A stretch of DNA of 64,000 bases from NCBI GenBank assembly GCA_976226885.1, contig OZ320319.1:66278001-66342000 (forward strand). Reading direction: 5' to 3'. The notes beneath the pieces were generated by a model. The model had not been told where the DNA came from and searched no databases. It worked only from the letters and a program-made list of their open reading frames with translations. The stretch is from Iphione sp. A-MEVVRFRX5. Taxonomy: Eukaryota. Of this stretch, positions 62,501-64,000 are shown piece by piece. Made by a program: the position numbers and the translations under genes. The first letter of the stretch is position 1; every line of letters begins with the position of its first letter.

Positions 62501-64000
62501 GGTTTTGGCACAGTTAGCGTAACTATGCCTCATCCATTTTCGAAGATAAGCTGCCTGGTATTGCCACAAGAAGGCCCGTAAAAGAAAACCACTCACGCAT
62601 GACGGTCACGTTAGCTGTCGAGTCGACACGTCCAAGTTTGTTGATGATTTCGCATCGGTAGTTGCCACTGTCTGATGGCTCGGTGTCTTTGACGACCAGG
62701 GAGGCCTTGTTGTTCCAGTAGAGCATCTCGTACTTGCGGCCACGGAAGAGCTCTTTGTTCCCCTTATACCTACAGGGGCATGGAAGTGAGAACATATATA
62801 GTCAAAGAGCGACGAGTTGTGAAAATCCTTCTGTCTGAACATATAGACATGTATTTCCCTTTGTTTTTCATCGACCTTTCTTTATTTGTCTCCCTTTCGC
62901 TAATAGTATTTACTTGTTACTGGACCATGAATGAGTATGAAGTTTACGTTGCTAGCTATTCTTTCCTGTACTCTAACTCACCAGGCAATTTCGAATTCTT
63001 CCATTCCTGGTTTGATGCCACATTCGAGTGTAGCTACTTCAGGTGACACCACTGCCACATCCTTTAGGCCGGCTGTCACTTTCGGGGCGTCACCCACTGA
63101 CAAACAAAAGAATTGCACGTGTAGGCATAAATGATCATAAAAGAAAAAACTTTTCTTGCTTTGGTGCTCTGAACTAACCCAGACGTAGTCAATTTAATAT
63201 TGTTGCAGTATTCGGATGGTCCGCTATATTGTTTCTCTGAGATTAGAGACCAGATGGTGTGGTTAAAGGAAAAGCAGTAACTCCAATATACTAGAACTCC
63301 TTTCATAAATAAAAAGGAAATTGTCAAACTCACCGACAGGTTCCCTGACATTGACAGGGGACTCGGTGACCCTGTAGGCCCCCACTCCGGCCTTGTTGGT
63401 AGCTGCCACGCGGAAGTCGTACGTCTTCTTGTCTGCCAGGCCGGTGACATCATACTTGGTCTTGGTGACGGCTTCCATGTCGTTGGCCGTCACCCATTTC
63501 AAGCCGCCTTCCGGTCGGTAGTCTATGACGTATCCGGTGATGGCGCTGCCACCGTCGTCGGTCGGTGCCGTCCATTTGAGCGACACCGCGCGCTTCTTGA
63601 TGTCAGAGACGGTGATGGGACCGGGTGGACCAGGCTTGTCTGAAAGGATACAATGAATATCGTAAATGGGACCGGTTCAAAGGATAAAGGTCAGCTGGAT
63701 CTCTGAATCTGAAACAGCTCATCGGTCAGATGGCTTGTCAGATCTCTAGCTAACAGTCGATTCTTTCGTGTGATGAATTATGATGTTTCAAGACTCGACT
63801 ACTCTGTTTTTTTATTTGAAAATTCAGTTGTTGATTCGGTCGACACTACTCACCCCATGGGTCACGGGCCAGCACGTGCGTGGGCTCACTGGGTGTACCG
63901 GCGCCCGCCTTGTTTTCGGCAGAGACGCGGAACTCATATTCGATGTCCTCGAAGAGGTCGGTCACTGGCAGGTTGAGGCCAGACAGCGGGCCCTTGTTGA
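3854..64000 (-). CDS. Multi-exon giant muscle protein gene, titin/twitchin/projectin family (Ig, Fn3, protein kinase); partial at both ends; may be one alternatively processed gene or two tandem genes split near 40-42 kb
   Basis: 57 exons with GT-AG junctions joined in frame by hand; Fn3 and I-set Ig motifs; Ig-Ig-Fn3-kinase-Ig arrangement typical of the family. Confidence 0.93.
6020..6029. promoter_or_regulatory. MEF2 consensus site (CTATAAATAG), also TATA-like
   Basis: Exact match to YTA(W)4TAR in a GC-rich island about 380 nt from the large-exon acceptor. Confidence 0.4.
6684..6778. promoter_or_regulatory. E-box cluster (2x CAGCTG, 2x CAGATG)
   Basis: Four CANNTG at 6684, 6732, 6755 and 6773 within 95 nt. 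Confidence 0.35.
7426..7557 (-). CDS. Candidate alternative first coding exon (44 aa) of a short C-terminal isoform
   Basis: ATG with A at -3 and G at +4; GTTAGT phase-0 donor joins the 5644 acceptor in frame; TATAAATA about 460 nt upstream. Confidence 0.45.
8015..8024 (-). promoter_or_regulatory. Candidate TATA box (CTATAAATAC) of an internal promoter
   Basis: TATAAATA on the gene strand in GC-rich context upstream of candidate exon 7426-7557. Confidence 0.4.
8537..8577. repeat. (GA)n microsatellite
   Basis: Direct reading. Confidence 0.95.
11170..11272 (-). mobile_element. Degenerate tRNA-derived SINE head
   Basis: B-box GGTTCAAATCCC (11184-11195) and A-box-like TGGCACATTGG (11255-11265). 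Confidence 0.4.
11941..12031. repeat. Three 13-bp tandem units plus perfect 13-bp-stem hairpin; probable transposon relic
   Basis: TAAGCCGGGTCCT-type units; GAGTCCGGGGAGG / CCTCCCCGGACTC with 10-nt loop. Confidence 0.7.
12597..12685 (-). CDS. Candidate 89-nt bridging exon (phase 1 to 0)
   Basis: TTTTACTCTCACCAG acceptor, GTGAGT donor, open frame AHNVMRQLTPSLTNGCSEAANPVGWGGGEL; includes a suspicious 12-G run. Confidence 0.3.
13586..13761 (-). CDS. Exon: third post-kinase Ig, C-terminal half
   Basis: FKNRREIASSTRY..DAGVFTCRAMNDAG; phase-1 GTGAGA donor. Confidence 0.92.
14188..14314 (-). CDS. Exon: third post-kinase Ig, N-terminal half
   Basis: SPLFARSLMKTVVIEGNPATFVCKVEGVPKPDISW. Confidence 0.92.
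14441..14650 (-). CDS. Exon: second post-kinase Ig, remainder
   Basis: AGRPEPEVSW..DAGQWKALAVNPYG; 210 nt. Confidence 0.92.
15141..15340 (-). CDS. Exon: RRSSD-repeat linker and start of second post-kinase Ig
   Basis: LTYERHSSDAGFFTSSERRSSDAGYYMSYAERRGSDASLQNVPPQFVLPLMDLSVQTGHKVVFTVK. Confidence 0.9.
16542..16679 (-). CDS. Exon: RRSSD-repeat linker
   Basis: TSFDRSSYSERRSSDADILSVERRSSDTGLFSTDVFSDTQSLSGV; phase 2-2. Confidence 0.85.
17024..17069 (-). CDS. 46-nt exon: linker with RRRS site
   Basis: EANWRRRSLDAGHRR; TTTTCAG/GTATGT; phase 1-2 is needed to join the flanking exons. Confidence 0.8.
17540..17756 (-). mobile_element. tRNA-derived SINE (head plus probable body)
   Basis: A-box TAGCTCAGTGG (17738-17748) and B-box-like GGTTCAATCGC (17695-17705); no acceptor stem; body boundary approximate. 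Confidence 0.55.
18114..18276. mobile_element. MITE, copy 1
   Basis: Ends CAGGCCTGTAGCCA / TGGCTACCGACCTG; CAAAG on both flanks; similar to 22434-22627. Confidence 0.7.
18515..18690 (-). CDS. Exon: first post-kinase Ig, C-terminal half
   Basis: YHEDRRLLEGSAKYDF..DAGCYTCVATNASG. Confidence 0.92.
19674..19791 (-). CDS. Exon: first post-kinase Ig, N-terminal half (not in ORF track)
   Basis: ELPEVAPQVLIELSNIESYESSTGRFKCKFQGYPEPTITW. Confidence 0.9.
20504..20528. repeat. (TG)n microsatellite
   Basis: Direct reading. Confidence 0.95.
21029..21215 (-). CDS. Exon: C-terminal regulatory (autoinhibitory/calmodulin-binding-like) tail (not in ORF track)
   Basis: GEAEAGLKRKKLRTMHHRTRLQSQKWREAARRDVLGIGHLAQHSAALQLRMPDNAIEREIQM; phase 0-1 fits both neighbours. 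Confidence 0.85.
21520..21565 (-). CDS. 46-nt exon: kinase subdomain XI
   Basis: KRMTIGDAMCHPWLN; CAG/GTGAGT. Confidence 0.92.
21841..21993 (-). CDS. Exon: kinase C-lobe
   Basis: LSGLSAFLGSTNRDTMANI..ISPQAKDWISKLLVRDK. Confidence 0.94.
22434..22627. mobile_element. MITE, copy 2 (opposite orientation to copy 1)
   Basis: Ends CAGGCCTGTAGCCA / TGGCTGCGGGTCTG; TATCCA on both flanks; both termini match copy 1 in reverse complement. Confidence 0.7.
22835..23034 (-). CDS. Exon: kinase DFG/activation segment/APE
   Basis: PEN..VKLIDFGLARRLDPDGSTKVLFGTAEYCAPE..DMWSLG. Confidence 0.95.
23754..23895 (-). CDS. Exon: kinase hinge to catalytic loop
   Basis: LSGGDLYERL..HNIIHLDLK. Confidence 0.95.
24240..24440 (-). 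CDS. Exon: kinase subdomains I-V
   Basis: GKYGVVHR..WAAKF..REMEVMNDLHHKKLLSLHEAF. Confidence 0.95.
25155..25245 (-). CDS. Exon: kinase N-terminal linker and first strand
   Basis: VTTDFQYTKVNVDNLKRDVYSKYIICEEIGR; phase 1-2. Confidence 0.9.
26060..26240 (-). CDS. Exon: pre-kinase Fn3 C-terminal half and start of N-terminal linker
   Basis: VWLKCG..YKFRVLAENIYG..KIEIDYDKL; phase 0-1. Confidence 0.92.
26728..26940. repeat. CT-rich low-complexity tract
   Basis: Almost purely pyrimidine on the plus strand; edges approximate. Confidence 0.7.
27278..27420 (-). CDS. Exon: pre-kinase Fn3, N-terminal half
   Basis: DCPEAPVGKPEVSEV..WQPPPHDGGALIMNY; phase 1-0. Confidence 0.9.
28048..28338 (-). CDS. Exon: Ig
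   Basis: APAKLKLAPRLYDGL..GMPFPSVTWSKDG..DAGLYTITVENQLG; 291 nt. Confidence 0.92.
28679..28851 (-). CDS. Exon: Ig C-terminal half
   Basis: YKNYREVFDGYKH..DCGEIECRAFNTAG; 173 nt. Confidence 0.9.
29889..30000 (-). CDS. Exon: Ig N-terminal half (not in ORF track)
   Basis: DQELPKFIEDMQDRCVREGENAHFQVKVKGKPTPDVRW; CAG/GTAAGG. Confidence 0.9.
30164..30295. other. Assembly gap (132 N), intronic
   Basis: N run; flanking exons 30861 and 30000 join in frame without it. Confidence 0.95.
30861..31163 (-). CDS. Exon: Fn3
   Basis: IPSMPGRPYV..WEPPVSDGGSPV..YEFRVCAQNAVG; 303 nt. Confidence 0.93.
32785..32947. repeat. Minisatellite, about 4 copies of a 38-40 bp unit
   Basis: Consensus close to CAACAAAAAGACACACAATTCCACTGATATGCCTCACTTT. 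Confidence 0.8.
36405..36480. repeat. Degenerate (AGAC/AG)n simple repeat
   Basis: Direct reading; a similar tract lies near 30436-30474. Confidence 0.7.
37762..38073 (-). CDS. Exon: Cys-rich Fn3
   Basis: WEKPYDIGGAPVLHY..YFVRIKAVNKFG; 312 nt, phase 1-1. Confidence 0.88.
39550..39903 (-). CDS. Exon: two truncated Ig N-termini plus low-complexity linker
   Basis: TTTTAG acceptor, GTAACC donor, 354 nt, phase 1-1; KPYFIRKLPSRVEMLEGQSFKFACHL and APWFVKKLPTAVEIAERRNVALECML. Confidence 0.75.
40217..40256 (-). CDS. Candidate short first coding exon MTFSPCGSEQNHA
   Basis: ATG at 40256, GTTAGT donor in phase 1 matching the 39903 acceptor; weak Kozak context. Confidence 0.2.
41146..41262 (-). terminator. 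Putative polyadenylation site of the transcript ending in exon 42480-42661
   Basis: Two minus-strand AATAAA (41257-41262, 41239-41244) followed by a GU-rich tract (ATTGTGATTGTGATTGTGTGT near 41146-41166). Confidence 0.5.
42480..42661 (-). CDS. Terminal coding exon: unique C-terminal peptide ending ..SLISRF-stop (not shown in this frame in ORF track)
   Basis: TTTGCAG acceptor, phase 1 matches previous donor; ESAPALELESWLRESCVSPAEASHVLQRVTEQSERVYLAYADEPLTSTTEPTNTSLISRF then TAA; GC-rich like other exons. Confidence 0.8.
42915..43220 (-). CDS. Exon: Fn3 (14 of 14)
   Basis: GPPSAPEGPIRV..WQPPLDNGGSPI..YYFRILAVNAYG; 306 nt. Confidence 0.92.
43738..44046 (-). CDS. Exon: Fn3 (13 of 14)
   Basis: RPTPPALLEVTDV..WLSPEHDGGSRV..YLFRVFAEN; 309 nt. 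Confidence 0.92.
44300..44602 (-). CDS. Exon: Fn3 (12 of 14)
   Basis: LPSAPRNFEV..WQRPSNTGGVPLTGY..YTFRILAEN; AAG acceptor; 303 nt. Confidence 0.9.
44917..45219 (-). CDS. Exon: Fn3 (11 of 14)
   Basis: APSAPSRLYV..WSEPSSTGGAPVTGY..YLIRIAAEN; 303 nt. Confidence 0.92.
45321..46260. mobile_element. Non-autonomous TIR DNA transposon (Tc1/mariner/pogo-like), 940 bp
   Basis: 24-bp TIRs GGGGAA(A/G)GGTGGGTAATTTGGACC with 1 mismatch; TA on both flanks; internal GGGTAAATTGGACCA-type repeats; no transposase ORF seen. Confidence 0.8.
46587..46895 (-). CDS. Exon: Fn3 (10 of 14)
   Basis: PPSTPVGPLLV..WQPPAADGGAPITGY..YLFRVIAEN; 309 nt. Confidence 0.92.
47219..47524 (-). CDS. Exon: Fn3 (9 of 14)
   Basis: APDPPSGRLKV..WSPPHSDGGSRL..YLFRVICQN; 306 nt. 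Confidence 0.92.
47747..48052 (-). CDS. Exon: Fn3 (8 of 14)
   Basis: RPGAPRGPLRV..WMPPSHDGGAAV..YYFRVMAEN; 306 nt. Confidence 0.92.
48353..48652 (-). CDS. Exon: Fn3 (7 of 14)
   Basis: KPSAPHNVDVSGFTRDSVTITW..YFFRVIAENAAG; 300 nt. Confidence 0.91.
48944..49240 (-). CDS. Exon: Fn3 (6 of 14)
   Basis: TPAAPNMLRVTRVTRDSVTLTW..YFAVTAVNRAG; 297 nt. Confidence 0.91.
49449..49751 (-). CDS. Exon: Fn3 (5 of 14)
   Basis: PPSRPRGPFQV..WNTPEDNGGTAITNY..YMVRVAARN; AAG acceptor; 303 nt. Confidence 0.9.
50147..50449 (-). CDS. Exon: Fn3 (4 of 14)
   Basis: WEPPEYDGGSGITGY..YFFRIRPINLIG; 303 nt. Confidence 0.92.
50833..51170. repeat. Degenerate (ACT/ACC)n trinucleotide repeat, intronic
   Basis: Direct reading; source of spurious Thr/Ser/Val-rich ORFs. 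Confidence 0.9.
51223..51522 (-). CDS. Exon: Fn3 (3 of 14)
   Basis: APYRPVGPMIV..WRCPVSDGGTPIIGY..YFFRVSAES; 300 nt. Confidence 0.91.
51969..52283 (-). CDS. Exon: divergent Fn3 (2 of 14)
   Basis: VTLEWEPREDLSSVRSYIIERRE..YRFRIRTETHEG; lacks DGG loop; 315 nt. Confidence 0.88.
52423..52725 (-). CDS. Exon: Fn3 (run member 1 of 14)
   Basis: DVPTAPQGLHV..WSRPKSDGGRRI..YFFRVTAEN; 303 nt, phase 1-1. Confidence 0.92.
53335..53619 (-). CDS. Exon: Ig
   Basis: GPRLEFDSRY..GEPAPTITWYKDG..DAGEYRVVAKNEWG; 285 nt. Confidence 0.93.
53838..54010 (-). CDS. Exon: Ig C-terminal half
   Basis: SKDFKTLSSGRKYDMKY..DTGRYTCEASNQYG; 173 nt. Confidence 0.92.
54411..54522 (-). CDS. Exon: Ig N-terminal half (not in ORF track)
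   Basis: GAPPRVVEHASDVYARVRDDARLECQITGVPEPEITW; CAG/GTAAGT. Confidence 0.91.
54810..55118 (-). CDS. Exon: Fn3
   Basis: KPLSPGRPEV..WAPPRDDGGEPITHY..YEFRVTAENRLG; 309 nt. Confidence 0.93.
55322..55927 (-). CDS. Exon: two Fn3 domains
   Basis: WEPPKTDGGDAITGY..YYFRVSAEN; WQPPLSDGGAPVTGY..YEYRVLAEN; 606 nt. Confidence 0.94.
56165..56455 (-). CDS. Exon: Ig
   Basis: PPKLEVDRRY..VKAGSSLILPAQFTGVPRPRATW..EGGIYRLRVENPIG; 291 nt. Confidence 0.93.
56748..56920 (-). CDS. Exon: Ig C-terminal half
   Basis: FKDAKELFKSHRHRMAY..DSGKYRCEASNRMG; 173 nt. Confidence 0.92.
57312..57426 (-). CDS. Exon: Ig N-terminal half (not in ORF track)
   Basis: VGKEPTVLARLQDMSATVGRPVTLDCEISPGEPKANFRW; TAG/GTAAGT. Confidence 0.9.
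57672..58580 (-). CDS. Exon: three Fn3 domains
   Basis: Three W..P..(D/S)GG/DGQ..Y..FRV.A.N units; 909 nt, phase 1-1. Confidence 0.94.
58862..59419 (-). CDS. Exon: two Ig domains
   Basis: LEFIRPLKN..FDCEVSKPKTRAQWLKDG..DAGDY and PPVL..PEPKVTWKKDG..DAGNY; 558 nt. Confidence 0.93.
59863..60156 (-). CDS. Exon: Fn3
   Basis: KPSAPGHPDIVSV..WAEPSSDGGSPITNY..YEFRVSAENKGG; 294 nt. Confidence 0.93.
60724..61026 (-). CDS. Exon: Fn3
   Basis: EPGAPRQLQVKDVSKNSVTLTWDTPREDGGSRV..YEYRVCAENAAG; 303 nt. Confidence 0.93.
61473..61775 (-). CDS. Exon: Fn3
   Basis: KPDAPRNLQV..LTWDAP..YYFRVAAENDVG; 303 nt, phase 1-1. Confidence 0.93.
62009..62293 (-). CDS. Exon: Ig
   Basis: KPELEYDSQIKESISLRSGTDFRLHVDFNGHPTPTANW..DEGTYKINVSNKAG; 285 nt. 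Confidence 0.92.
62597..62769 (-). CDS. Exon: Ig C-terminal half
   Basis: YKGNKELFRGRKYEMLY..DSGNYRCEIINKLG; phase 2-1. Confidence 0.92.
62982..63096 (-). CDS. Exon: Ig N-terminal half (not in ORF track)
   Basis: VGDAPKVTAGLKDVAVVSPEVATLECGIKPGMEEFEIAW; CAG/GTGAGT; Trp codon split TG|G. Confidence 0.9.
63334..63639 (-). CDS. Exon: Fn3
   Basis: DKPGPPGPITVSDIKKRAVSLKWTAPTDDGGSAITGY..YDFRVAATNKAG; 306 nt, phase 1-1. Confidence 0.93.
63854..64000 (-). CDS. Exon (5' end outside window): C-terminal part of Fn3
   Basis: NKGPLSGLNLPVTDLFEDIEYEFRVSAENKAGAGTPSEP..RDPW; GTGAGT donor, phase 1. Confidence 0.9.

Overview
Eukaryotic (invertebrate-like) genomic DNA. Almost the whole window is one minus-strand locus, or two tandem loci, encoding a giant muscle protein of the titin/twitchin/projectin family. 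GC-rich exons sit in AT-rich GT-AG introns. I traced 57 exons by hand with consistent splice phases. In transcription order (64000 downward): an Ig-Ig-Fn3-Fn3-Fn3 repeat region; 14 consecutive single-exon Fn3 domains; a stop-containing terminal exon (42480-42661) with poly(A) signals; an exon with two truncated Ig starts; Fn3-Fn3-Ig-Ig-Fn3; an intact MLCK/twitchin/titin-type kinase with regulatory tail; Ig; a linker with a repeated RRxS (PKA-type) array; Ig-Ig; a 7.9-kb intron with muscle-promoter-like motifs and a candidate alternative first exon; and a 1.8-kb exon ending in half an Ig domain. The gene is incomplete at both window edges. Introns carry MITE/TIR elements, tRNA-derived SINE heads, microsatellites and a 132-N gap. 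Species and orthology cannot be fixed from the sequence alone, so no gene symbol is given. Literature comparisons are from recall and need checking.
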